From: Dudresnaya verticillata
Lineage: Eukaryota
Direction: 5' to 3'
Length of the DNA: 64,000 nt
NCBI GenBank assembly: GCA_977862235.1
Contig: OZ374558.1
Span: 2,790,001 to 2,854,000 of the forward strand
Below are positions 9,773 to 22,139 of the stretch, one piece after another (positions within the stretch are counted from its first letter, which is position 1; the number at the start of each line of letters is the position of its first letter). The notes under the pieces are model-generated. The model was not told the origin of the DNA. It saw nothing but the letters and a program-made list of their open reading frames with translations, and made no database searches. The position numbers and the translations under genes were made by a program.

Positions 9773-11939
9773 ATGAGCCAAACGCCGTCGGCGGCGGCGC
9801 CGGGTGCGACGGACGCGGAGGATTTCTCGGAGATCCAGCCCAACACGTCGACGCCTGCCTCCACGTCCGCCCCGGTTCCGCAACCCGCGTTGGCTGCTGC
9901 GCACGTGACCGCCGACCTACCGGCTGTCCCACGTCTACCACCGATTCCTGCACTGCCGCCGTCGGCTCCATTGTTACAGGAAGTGGGGAATGCCCCGGTA
10001 TCCGGGTCCATCGCACCTGTCGCCGTCGACGTACGCGGCGGCCTCGTCATCGGAGTTTGTCCCCATGCCTGTCGCACCGGCCCCGCCGGCCATCGAGTAC
10101 CCGCGTCCGGCGGAGTTCGTCGGCATGGGGGTGGCGCAGGACCTCGACTTGTTTGCGCGTGCACCGTGGTTTCACCCACGCGACTTTCGAGCGATGGACA
10201 TCATCGGGTGTTACGTTATCGGTGGCTACTTGCCAGGGGGTCTCCCCGTCGATGTACTGCAGTCGGAGGACTGGCGCCTCCACGGGGCGGTCCCCATTCA
10301 CCACCTTAACGACCGGCACCGTCCCCTAGACGTATTATTCCGCGATTGGGTTCGCCTTGTCTACCGGCGTCATACGCGCACCATCGGTCGTGGGATCATC
10401 GCGCCGGACCTCGGCGTTGATTACGCGGTATACCGCACGAATGTTGAAGTGGATTACGTGTGGTATCTGGCTGGTCTAGACCTCCCTCAGGCTTGGCGCG
10501 GGCGTGAGCCGCGGGTTTCTCAGGCGGCGTTACTTTTTGACGTGCAGTTGCGGAATGAGTTTCGCTACCTCCGCAAGCGCGGTAGCGCCTTTTGGGACAA
10601 GATCCGCTTCGAACGCCGTGAACGCTCACGTCTCGGCATATTTGTTCCCTATCCCCGCTTCGAGGCTTCCCTCTTCAGAATGATGTACCGCCGACGGTAC
10701 TACATCGGCATACCGCTCGCCTGGGCAGCAGTCGAAACCTGCGAGGGCTTCCTCGTAGAGTTACCCAACGTGTTCGGGTATTGCATGAGCGAGTTATTAC
10801 GCGACCCGAACACGGGGTTGTGGACGGTGGCCTGCACCGAATTCATCGCGAAGATCGCCATGCATTGGCTTTGGGAGACGTATGATACCCTGCGCTTGTG
10901 GTTCTTACCTCCGACGGTGACGTCCCTTCTAGATGAGGTGGACCTCCGCACCGTGCTCGGTGGACAGAGTAACGACGACGAACTTCGCAGATTACTGCAG
11001 CTTCATGGCACCATTGATTGGGACGACCCCGCGGTGGTGCCGCTGTCAAATAACAAACGCAGTAATCTGCGGCGTAACTTTTCGCCGGGTCGGCGTCACC
11101 CCACCTGCGGGGACTTTGTCTGGTATGACCCCTGGCGACGCCAGCTCGTTGGCGAACACGAAGCGCGGTTTCACCGCGAGCACCCGGTGCCGATGCCGGC
11201 GGATTATCCCACCGGCTACCTATACGACGCGATGGAGCAGGGTGTTGATGAGGAGGGTAGCGGAGATTTTCCCGAAGGTTACAACGTCCATTTGTCGGGT
11301 CACGACGTCTCTGCTCCCCCGACGTCATATACTGACTTGGACGGCCCGCGGTCCCGCGCACAACTCGAGTTGCGCGAGGGTGCGGAGTCGTCAGCCATGG
11401 GCGTGGTCGTTCGGGGTGCTACTGCTTCATCGCCGGAGAGAACTCCGAGGTTGCCTGATTCACCGTTGGTCGATGCGACCGCAGAGGCCGTCACACCGAC
11501 TAACACGGCTGCCACTGGTGGCACACCCGGACCTACCCGGCTCGCTATGGCTGACTTTTTCCAACGGTCCGGGGTTGACCTCGACTTGAATCTCTCGGAG
11601 CGTGAGCTCCGAGAGCGACTTAGCGCTATTCTAGCGGCTGCTGCACATGAAACTGGCGATGGTGGGGCCCGTTCACACGAGTCACCTGCGACGGAGTCGA
11701 CTCCGGTTAATAGGGCGTCTAACCGCCTCGAGGACAGCGCGGCGACGGGCACGGAGTTGGCTCCAGGGGCCGCGAGTGCGACTGCAGCTCATGACCCCAT
11801 GGACGTAGCTCCGGACAACCCGCCGAGTGAGGCGGAGCGTGTCCTAGAGAAGGATGGCGAGGCGACGGACACCAATGCTGAGCCCGGCGGTGAGATCACC
11901 GGTGATCCCATGTTTGCATGGATGAAGCGCACGGATTAG
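9773..11939 (+). CDS. Antisense accessory ORF of the LTR element, unknown protein of ~650-720 aa (probable start ATG 9773 with a frameshift near 9990-10010; open frame 9990-11939)
   Basis: 649-codon open frame with a W/F/Y-rich core and acidic low-complexity tail; the core aligns with the antisense ORF at 54187-56504. Confidence 0.8.
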
Positions 11940-13605
11940 CCGCGTATAGTGGCGTCGGTGCCAGTGCCGATGGGCCCGCTGTGGGGCATATAGTCGTAGT
12001 TGAAGCGGTCGATCCGCGTGGAAATGTTCGTTGTTTGGTCAACGTGAAATAAAAACCAACTTGCTGAGTTGTCCGTCCCGCTCCAGTAGTTAGCATTGCG
12101 GGTGCTGCTTGAAGCGTTACTGGTTCAACTTCCGTGCGCGAGGGTAAATTCGACGTGTTCCAGCGTTAGGCAGAATCCGAGCGGTCTAGCCGCGGTTGAA
12201 TAATTGTTGCTTGTCAACGCCAATCATTCTGTTATCCTGGCGAAGCATGCTCACGTTAGTGGAGCGGAGGCGCTTGACAGTCGTCGAGCGGGACTTCCGC
12301 GCCTCGGTACTTGTTGGTTAACAACGCTGCTAGTCACCCTTCCAGATTTTCCACCCGGCGAGGAGCGCCATAAGGTGTGGCGAGAGTGGACGTCGTGGGG
12401 ATCCACTGTATCATTACCGTGTTGCCACGCCGTTCGGTCATTCGCATTGTCTGAACGGTATGTATCGCATGAAGCGGTTACCCGCGTAAGCAACGCGATG
12501 TCATTAACGTTAGCATCCGTGTCCGTGGTCGTAATTGAAGCGGTCTGCCCGCGTGGAGATTCCCGCTGATAATCAGCGTGAAGACAGCTATCGCTTGTCT
12601 CGCCACTGAACCTTGAGGGGGAACGGCCTTATTGGGTTCATATTGATGCCCGTTCTTGCGGAGGTTCCGCGGCTTGCTATCAGCGGGTGTAGTCCTTCCG
12701 CGTATCGGTACCTGTCCGTGGGCAGAATAAGTTCTTACTACGAACTTCGTATCCACGTTAGGGTCGACGCACTGGCGCATTTTCCGAATTATGCGGTGAT
12801 GGTCGGCTCACGTGGGAAGCCACGGTCGCTGTTAGTGCATCGTTGCCACTCGTTGATGTACAACGTCGTCTCGTCTTCTCGGCCTAGCAGGCGACGGTCG
12901 TCGCATTTGCGTAGTAGCGGTCTTCGTGTGGTGCCACAGTAACAATTGTCTTCATAAGCCATGGTAAATTATCCGTCATATGTAAACGTTATTAGAGTCA
13001 AGCCTTCTGGGCGTAGAGTCTCACTCGCCCCGTAGGTGATCCTGGTCTCACCTAGGGCGCTATTATGGCACCGCATTAGTGGTGTTCGAAGCGGTCCGAC
13101 CGCGTTAAGGTCCGTTGTTGGGCAACGTATGGGAATCACCTCCCCCGACACCGAGTCCCGTTTAGCGCTCGTCAGTGTATTTGCGTCGTTGGGAATGCCT
13201 CGCCTGAAGTTCACACGGGGCGGGGCAACAACAGTCGACTGATTATGCGAGAGCGGTCTACCCGCGTGAGCATGTTCTTTGGCAGACAACCTGAGTCAGA
13301 TCAGACGCGTTAGCTTAAAACTTCGCCTCTTTCCATAGCTGGCGTTGGTTCCCGCCACCATAGGTCCTTCGCGTGATGATATTGGTCGTAACGGTCCATC
13401 CGCATAATGATACTCGTTGATCCTCAACGTTGTTTCGTCCTTACTGCCGTAGGGGGCGTCGGCCGGCCTGTAATATCGCGAGTTCGTGACGCGCGGTGGT
13501 AACGGCCGACGTGGTGGGCCATGGTTTGCCATTCGATGTGATCCAACGCGTTATAGCTACTTTCGTCACTTGGGTTACCGCTGTGGCCACTCCTGTTGAG
13601 GCACC

Positions 13606-15959
13606 TCAACCCACCATAGCGCGGTGTAGGTCGTTGGGCGTTCCCAGCCGAGCCCTACGGCAATAGCGCAGGACCTGACTGCGAGGTAGGTTTTCGATAG
13701 GCTCGAGTGTGTTCGCGGAACTTGGGTATCCAAACCACTTGACCTCGTAGAGCGTACCCCCGTTAGCGTATTCGTGGTTAACCACTTTCTCGATGACGAA
13801 CATTGTACGCCGAGCTCCCGTAGTGGTGTGTACTGTAGATGGTGCCGTTACTGTAGAGCGAGGGTTGGCCTCAGTATGAGGAGTCGTGGGTATGACCACT
13901 GGATTTTGATCGAATGTCACGCGCCGTGCTGTGGTGGTGCCTCTCGTGGTCTGGTCTTTCTTGAGTAGCTTATTGAGTGGAGCAGCTACGTGTGCGTAAT
14001 CGGGGACAAATCGTCGGTAAACATTACATAGACCCAGAAAGGAGCGCAGCTCCGTCTGAGTTCGAGGGTGTTGTGCCTCGCGTAATGCGGCGACCGCGGT
14101 CTGGTCGATACCAAATTGTCCGGGCTTTATGACGGGCCCGAGGTAGGTGACTGTGTATGTGAAGAAGTCACATTTCTTGAGCTTCAGGGTTACCCCTGCT
14201 CGCTGCAGCATAGCGAGGATTTCCTCCACGTGTTGGTAATGAGAATCGAGATCGCGCGAGTAGATGATCACATCGTCTAGATAAACGAGGCAAGTCCTCC
14301 ATTTGACTCCCGACAGGAGTATATCCAATGTGCGCTGAAATGTAGCCGGCGCGTTCGTAAGTCCGAAGGGCATACGACGGTAGCGGAACAGACCCGCGTG
14401 GCAGGTAAACGTGGTTTTGTCACGATCGCGGGGTGCAACGGGGATTTGCCAATACCCCGAGTTGCAGTCCAACGTCGTGAATACCGACGCATCACCTAGC
14501 GAGTCGATGCACTCGTCCATTCGCGGGAGCGGGTAGGTGTCGCGCACCGTGAGGGCATTCAATCGTCGGTAGTCGACGCAGAATCGTAGCGTGCCGTCCT
14601 TCTTTGGCGCGAACACAACTGGGGATGCCCAAGGCGACTGTGCGGGTTCGATAACCCCGGCGCGGAGCATCCGTTCGACCTCGGTCTGTTCCAACTCTCG
14701 TTGTTTTGGACCAGCGCGGTACGGCGGCGACGAAAACGGGCGTGAGCCCGGGAGTAAATCGATGTAATGTTCGGTGGTGTTGATCTCACCCAATTGGCCG
14801 TCCCATATAGATGAATAGGTCCCGAGGAGTTCCCTCACACGTACTTGATGCGCCAGCGGAAGATGGGACAGGTCAAGGTCCTCGACCGTTGGTGGTCTCT
14901 CGGGAGCCTCCCCGTCCCGTGCTTTCGCTTGCGGGGTTGTGTCCAACTTCCCATTTCCGGCGGCTTCCGTCAACCCCAGCACATCCGCAAGCTGTAGATG
15001 ACTTGGGATGATCGCTGTGGGGTGAGGGAGCGCCATCGCCACAACCTGGCCCTTTACTAGCGTTTGCGGCTGACGCGAGAAGTTCGCGAGTAGAATCCGA
15101 AACGGACGCGAGGGCTCAACCTCGGCGATACCATTCGTGGCGAGTACACCCTGTCGTTCATACGGCGTATTGTTGGGCTGGAGGCAAACGACTCCAGCCC
15201 GTTCCGTGGTAACCGTGACCCACGTTTGCGATTGTGCAGGAAGAGTGGTCTTCAAAGCCACGCGTACCTTCTGAGAGGCACGCCCCTTCGCCTTGCCGAA
15301 CTCATGCTCTGCCGGTAACGGCGCGTAGTCCGGGGGACGTTTCATCGGTCGTCGAGTTATCGGTACCCGCGTACCGTCGTCGAGTTCGACTTCCTTTGTG
15401 CGGGGGTAGATAGCTTCGACGAATCTGTCGCATAAATCGCAACCCAGGATGACTGGAGCGGCTAACCGCTCGCACACAATGAAGTCGAGTTTGACGACAC
15501 GAGGACCAAGGGGGATAATGAGCCCGATGGTACCCAGCGTCGCTATCGGCTTGTTGTTCGCGTCCGCGATCGTGAGTAATGCCATGGACTTGATTTCGGA
15601 ACTCATCTCCGGTGGTAGCTCCGACTTTCGGATGAAGTTGGGCCTGCACCTGTGTCGAGGACACTTAGCTTACGAGCGAGTAAGCTCATTCTTGCGCCGA
15701 TTTCGGCATAGACCTTGAAGTTGCGTTTTGCGAGGACACAAACTTGGTCGGTTTCTCGACGCTGCCGTACCCTGTTCCAAGGGCGGCGCAAGGGGGCAGG
15801 TCTTCGCGGTTTTTCCGCGTCAGAGATGTCCGTTGGTGGATCGGACATCGGCGGGGATATCCCCGGTAGGTGGCTGGGTTCCTCGCCCCGAGTCCCGTCG
15901 GTCGACGATGAATCGAGGGACTCTCCAACCGAGGGGCCAGGAACCCCACTTAGTTTCCC
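13606..15959 (-). pseudogene. pol: pol: aspartic protease (VLDTGAGP, 1-bp frameshift near 15640) and RT (YLDD), joined in frame to a chromodomain; RNase H and integrase core absent
   Basis: LRFCVDYRRLN, CLVYLDDVII, LRSFLGLCNVYRRFV, then after LNKLLKK directly FVIEKVVNH..YEVKWFGYPSSANTLEPIENL. Confidence 0.93.
15930..15959 (-). promoter_or_regulatory. Predicted -1 ribosomal frameshift signal at the gag/pol junction
   Basis: Minus strand G GGA AAC (X XXY YYZ) just before the gag TAA, 5-nt spacer, then GGGGTT-CCT-GGCCCC hairpin; the -1 frame runs open into the protease DTG motif. Confidence 0.8.
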
Positions 15960-18501
15960 TGGGCGCGGTTAACCGCGGTGTCCCCGCGGCGTAGGACCTG
16001 CGGGTGCCTCTCTGCCACTTGAGGACGCGGATCGGCCCCAGCTTGACGGAGTCGAAGCGCGACGGCCTCCACGGCCTGAGCGTACGAATCGCGGCGAACT
16101 CGCGCTTGGTCTTCCGGCGATAACGCCTCGAAGTTGCGGACCACCGACGCCGGATCGCTAAAGGGATGGACACACTCGGTTGAGAGGTGGTTCCTCGCGT
16201 AGCACCTGAAGCAGATAATCTGCGGGCGAGGTCCACTTCTATCCCTTGCGCGGATCGTCCCGCGGTCTTGCCAGCCCGGTCGCGCTTGTGCGACGTGGCG
16301 TGCGTGTTCCTGATACGGAATACGCGGGGCCGGGATGTTACGCGGTGGTCCGCCCCGTTGATAAAAAGCCAGCGCGGGGTCGGCATCCTCGGAGATCGTA
16401 TCCGTTGGTAAATCCGTTGTCGGTACCGACGCGTCCGACTGAACCAGATGAAATTCACCGTCGGCTTCTCCGTGGTCTTGGCGAGCACCGATGCTCCTGT
16501 CACGGAATTCCACGGATGACTCGGCGAGTAATGCCGTTGCGCGGGGGCGAGCCCGGTTGTTTTCTGGACGGTTCGGCACCGTCAGCGGTGGGGCTCTATT
16601 CCTGGGGAGGCCCAGCCTTGCTCGGTGTGCGTCACCTTCGTCTTGTGCGTAATGCACAAGATGTTCGAAGGACAGCTCGTCACGAGGCGTTTCCTCTCTA
16701 TAACGTGCTACCAATGAGCGGATAGCTGGGTCTAGCCCATCGATAAAGATGGTCATCTTCTCCCACATCGGGTATGCATTCCCGCAACGACTACACGCCT
16801 TACTAAGTCTCTCGCCGTAATCGGCTTCCTTCTCCCCCTGTCGTTGGCGTGTTGAACGAAGCGCGAGCGTAGCTTCGCGAATGACGTTTGGTGTCGCGTA
16901 GGTCCGGAGCAGGTAGTTGACTGCCTCGGGCCAAGCAGAGATACCTCCGGATGCATTAGACGGCGAAGACTTGGCCGAGCGGAAAAGCGAGGCGGCATTC
17001 CCGCGTAGGAAGTATCCCACAGCGAGGAGTGCCTGGGCTTCCGACATCTCGAGGGTGTCCGCCTCGTCTACGAAGCGAGCCAAAAACTCGAGAATCATGA
17101 CGGGTCTTCCCCGGTAAAGGTATTATCCCTCATCGTCAATTCGAGACGGCGTATCTGGTCACGGATCTTCCCCGTTTCGCGTCCCGTCCTCTTTTGCGAC
17201 CTGTTCTGAAGCCGATAACGGCGGTATGACAGGAGCTTGTCGAAACGTGGGTCGGTCGGCTTGTGCTCCTTGAGGGACCGATATTTCGGGCCCAGCTTAG
17301 AGCGGCGGTTCCGCCGGGGTGCAATATCCCCGTCACGACTCGAGTCCGACTCGGACGAACTGCCCGACGAGTCCGACGATGAGGATGAAGAGGACGAAGA
17401 GGGGTCGCTATCCTCGGGGTCCCCACGGCGACGGCGCCGGTCTTCTTTCTTCTTGCGTTTGCGGTCGCGCTTGCGGCGCTCACGCCGTTCACGGCGCGAG
17501 CTGCGAGGCTCCTTTTTCGGGGTTTTCCACTTGCGAAACCCCACGATGTCGACTTCGGGAGTCTCGTTATCATCGGGGTAATCCCCACCGTGGTGGTGAC
17601 CTCGGTGGTTATCCCCGTCACAGCAACGGCCTACCGCACACTTATAGGCCTGGTCTTCCAGTCGTGAAAGGCGAGCAGCAACCCGAGCGAATCTTTCTTC
17701 TTCGGGCACGGCTCCGCCCTGGCGTGGTTCACCGCGGGATTCGAGTAGCGCGTTCACATCCGCGCGTAGGGTACAGAGGTCACCCGCGAGGGTGGCCTCT
17801 GCAGTACCGGCACGGCCTTCCGTGACGCCTCGGTACAGGGCGTTGATCTTGACGACCAACTCGTCGTAACCGACTTCTAGAAGGGTTACGCGGTCAGCTG
17901 CATCGCGGATGGCGGCGTCGAGTGACGCCTGTAAACCCGTGATTTGCCGCGAAAGTCGCGACGCGAGGTTTTGGTCCTCGTTAATGCACACGGCGCGGAT
18001 GGCCGGTCGTGGCAGAGTGGCCCCTGACTGCACAAAAGCGCCAGTCGGGGCCGGAATTGGAACGGTGGTGGACACCGGTGTTGGGGGTACTGGGTCCGAA
18101 GCTACCTCTTCGTACGAGGGCTCGCCCGACGGAGCGTTCTCCGGAACGACTTGTGTCGGAATCGAGGTAATATCCTCGGGAGGCACTGCTGATGGCCCAG
18201 CGCCACCCGGAGCGCCGGTGTTAGCGGCCGGGTAGGAAGCGCTACGCGCCGAAACCTGCGGAGGTAGAGTCTCGGTGGTCATCCCCGTTGGTGGCGATGG
18301 GAACGGCGGCGGCGGTTGTGCCGCGGACGCGTCCGAACGACGTGTAGCCGTCGAGTGGCCACCAAAGGCGACGCCAATTTCGGGACTAACCCGGCGTTCC
18401 TCCAGCGCGCGAGAGCGCGTAACAGGGACCGTTATGGTCCCTGGAGTAGACGAGGTCTTCCTCGATTTCGGCGGTCCCATTAGGGGAGAGTGGAATTCCA
18501 C
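15950..18501 (-). pseudogene. gag: gag, split into two ORFs (17095-18501 and 15950-17098) by a frameshift
   Basis: FTGEDP/MILEFLARFVDEAD capsid-like region, Q..GE....Y..RL motif, C-terminal knuckle CFRCYARNHLSTEC; long Pro-rich N-terminus with basic and poly-Ser tracts. Confidence 0.88.
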
Positions 18502-18603
18502 GGGCGGTAGATAGTTGACCCTTGTGGTAATTCCGGAGGGTTCTCCGTGGGATCTTGATAGGATGAAAACGAGGTAAGCCTCTCGATTGGGCGAAGTAGT
18601 CTT

Positions 18604-18620
18604 CTAGGTCGGGAGACCAC
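18604..18620 (-). other. Primer-binding site, probably tRNA-Tyr-type
   Basis: Minus strand TGGTCTCCCGACCTAG begins 3 nt after the 5' LTR; complementary to a tRNA ending CGGGAGACCA, as in yeast tRNA-Tyr (tRNA identity inferred). Confidence 0.7.
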
Positions 18621-18622
18621 TT

Positions 18623-19459
18623 TGTGGTGCCACGCCCGAGCGAGGGCGCAACCCCAAGACCAGAGTCCGAGTGGTCCTCCCACGGGGTGGTAGCAGGCGG
18701 AGGCGGTGAGGCCGACGCCGGTTGGGTGGTAGAGCTAGGGACACGGGGTGTGCCCCGGCTGGTTGAGACGTGGACGGGGTCGACTGTAAACCCCCGGCCC
18801 ACGTAAGGGGGCTGTAGCACACGCAGAACAATGAAGGCGATAAAGCCGGTGACTGCTGTTGAAGCCAGGCAGTAGAACGGGGTACGTAAGCCCAAGTCGC
18901 GCACGGTGTCGTCACCGGGTGCGAAGGTGGGGGTATCCTCGAGTTCCTAGGCCTGCTTGGCGCTTTACTGTGAGGGAGGTTCACCCCGTATACTAAGTAT
19001 CCCCGCGGGAGATGCGCGCACGTGTGTGGCGCCGTGCGCTTGACACTTGGCATGCGCGCGCACCGCGAGCTCACTAAAATATCGCGCAAAAATACCTAGC
19101 GTAGAAATACTGCTACTGCACTGTAAATCAGTGTAATCTAAGGGTGCGCACTGCTGGGGCGCACCCGAGCGAGGATTCCCTCGGATATATTCGGCGCGCG
19201 TGTTACGCGTGTACACGTGGAGACGTGTCGCCCGTGTATGCTGTTGGCGCGTGCTGTACGGGCGCGCGCGCACCGTGCCAAGGGCGCGTTAACCATTGGC
19301 CGGATCTCGCACGCGCGGCATCCGCGCACGGGCCCATCCAAGCTGCCGGTAATCGGCGTATGTTATAGTCGCGGGTGATCCGCGTGTACCGTCGTCCGCT
19401 CACCGCGCGAGCGGGTGTAGCGATATAAAACGGGGCTTACCCCGGGGTCTTGCACCACA
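18623..19459 (-). repeat. 5' LTR
   Basis: Direct repeat of 8706-9542, bounded by the PBS and the TSD AACTC. Confidence 0.97.
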
Positions 19460-22139
19460 AACTCTTCTACCGCATACGCAAAAGTCGAGAAAAAGTCTCT
19501 GTGCAATGTGTTTTACAAATATAAGCCATCTCACGGGCAAGGTTTTCTACTAGATTTGGCAGAAGAGGCGAGTTTCCGATACGCGTATCAAATGGGCGTA
19601 GTGCCTAGCTGCCGCACTACACTTTGCAAAATTGCACAACGGTAGAATGTGAATTGCGCTTCAAGACAGCTAGGCGGAGATTTATCAGGCGGCGCATTTG
19701 GGTCCTGGGAGCAGGCAATAACTATTGTGCAGGGCGGAGAACGCAACTCTTGTTCTGGACGTTCCCACATATGAACGATTGAAGAAGTCCTTCCTGGATT
19801 GTTTCTCGCTTGCAGAGAATGGTATCGGTGAGTAAGCCCACGAAGAAAAGCGGAGACTACTTGACGGAGATAAAGTTGCCAGGCGTAAGAGAGTAGATGT
19901 CCCAGAGGTAGAAAGATGTTTTGCATTGGTCGACAATAGGAATTGCCTGGTTGTCTGCTGATTCCTTCCTTGTGACTAGCACCAACAACGCACTAACGCT
20001 AGCACATTTGCATTTGGTGTGGGAAAGGAATTGCCATCGCTGTGTCGCTATCTCCCTCGTTCCAGAATACCAATGTGTTGTTACAAAGAGCAATCAGACT
20101 GAATGAATGAGTGCTGCTACACTCGTTTTCGAGTCTACTGACTGCGTAGAGCACGGGATTGTCTCGAACAGAATTGCAGTCAACCTGACCGTCTTCTTCG
20201 TGGACAGAAATGTGACCATCTTTGTACATTTCCTATACTATTCGCGCAACTTTGGTGCTCTCAAAGCGTTCAAGGTTGTCTGTGATTTGCGTTAACGCAA
20301 TTCTTTAGTGTGTGTAAAGATACAGCGGCAATCTTTGTTTTAGTGCAAACGAAGATGACTATGTCTGATACTTAGTTGTATCTATGCGATATCAATATCC
20401 TAGTCCGCAAATAGTTCCTGTGTATATATGTTGACATAGCTCTACAGATTCTACATATTATACATATTCAATACCGTTCTAGAGTTTTAGAGACTTAATC
20501 GGACCAAAGCGCTACTGAACTCATTTACTAAACTTCCTCTTCCACATCCGTGTCCGAATCCTCCTCCGTAGAACTTCCTCAGTCACCATATTCCTCCGCA
20601 GTCCAACCCAATTGAGCTACAACCACCTCCCTAATGCCTCTCCTTAACACTCTTGAAGCGGCATGAAGACGGTCGAGGCGTGATTTGACCAATCGGAGTC
20701 TGGCCTCGAGGCTCGTCGCCGCTTCAATGGCATGCTCGACACCCTTCCGAGCCATCCCCACAGCATTTCGCAGCTATCGGATGGAAGTAAGGACTGAGCG
20801 CCTCTCGATTTGTGACATGTTGGTTGGTTTGGGGGCAGGGAGGGCGGAGGGGTACCTGTATGCACACGAATACGTAAGATATTTAGGTTTATGCACGGGA
20901 AACCAGTCTGGCTCGTGATACACCATTTAGTACAGAAACATGAGGGTTGGCCGTCCATGTCAGGGTTCCGGACTGTCCACAGTTCCAATGGAAAGGCATA
21001 TGGGCAAAGTGGTCCTTCCCTACTTAAGGTTTCATGTCTGTCCCAGATTTCTATAGAAAGCCATGCAAGTTCTGTATGGATTCAAACCATGGTTTAAAAC
21101 CATTACCGCACTTGTGCACATCACACGTTGCTCAGCCTGGAGGAAGTCATTCCGGCAGTACGCTTAACGTGCTTATGAGTTCTCAACGACTGAATGTCTC
21201 CCCAGGGTCTCAGATATTGATTTCGGCAGGGATGGAGGAAGAGAAGTTGGAATTTTGAAAGGATATGGAATGATATCTCCTGTGATTAGCTCTGCATGAC
21301 AAGCGGCAGTGCAAGTTCGGAACCAGAGAGGACTGCAGGTATGGTTACAAGTCGAGCTCTGCAGTAACACTGCCCGTGCATTTTCGAGACCCAAAGACGG
21401 GACGAGCTAGAGTCTTTCCTTAGTGCAAGCTGTGCCGTTGCGAGAACCATACATGCCGATCCGACTGCGTAATTGACAACTTGCAAAGCTCCTCTCCCAG
21501 CTGGCAAAAGGCGGCGTGAGGGTAATCCTTCATATAACATTCGTCGCAGCAGATTGCATTACATATGCTCAACTCGCCACAGTCTCACAAATGGTCGCAC
21601 GCCTCACAACATCCCGATTATCCGGAATCGAACTCACAGCAGAACTACTGGGAGTAGTGCCGCGAGTGCCAAGAGCATGCCCCAAGCTTTTCGACCTGCA
21701 ACAGCGCCATTCGAAGCAGCCCGACTCCGAGTAGTCCGACGCAGAGCTGTCCGCCTCGCATGAAATTAACGTTTCGTAGCCTGAACGGTAGAGAAACCCC
21801 AGTTTCATAATGCTCGCAGTACAGTGTGGTAAACGTGCGACAGGCACACGAGATTTACTTATCATTGGCGCATCATTGTGCGTCTCATCGAATAATTTTT
21901 CAGTATGGAGGTGCATTCCTTCTGGGGTGTCTCCATCACTTGGAAACCAGTTCCAATTCTGCCACTGATTCGGGCTTTAGTGGCCCCAGTCCACCATCAT
22001 TCAGCGTAGGTTCTCACTAGGTCGCTGGCAGGATTGGAAGGACGTCAGGGTGACTTTCAGGATTTTATGTGTGCTGCGAAGCGACGGGTGATCAGAGGCC
22101 CATGCTAGAAATACATTTGCGGGATACCAATGCCCGCAC

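Larger units (their letters stand above)
8706..19459 (-). mobile_element. Ty3/Gypsy chromodomain LTR retrotransposon, 10.75 kb, internally deleted (non-autonomous)
   Basis: Two 837-bp LTRs (TGTGGTGC..GCACCACA); TSD AACTC at 8701-8705 and 19460-19464; primer-binding site (PBS), PPT, and gag-protease-RT-chromodomain on the minus strand. Confidence 0.97.

Noticed and set aside
9990..11939. env gene in the third-ORF position
   Set aside because: Antisense to gag-pol, with no signal peptide or C-terminal transmembrane anchor.
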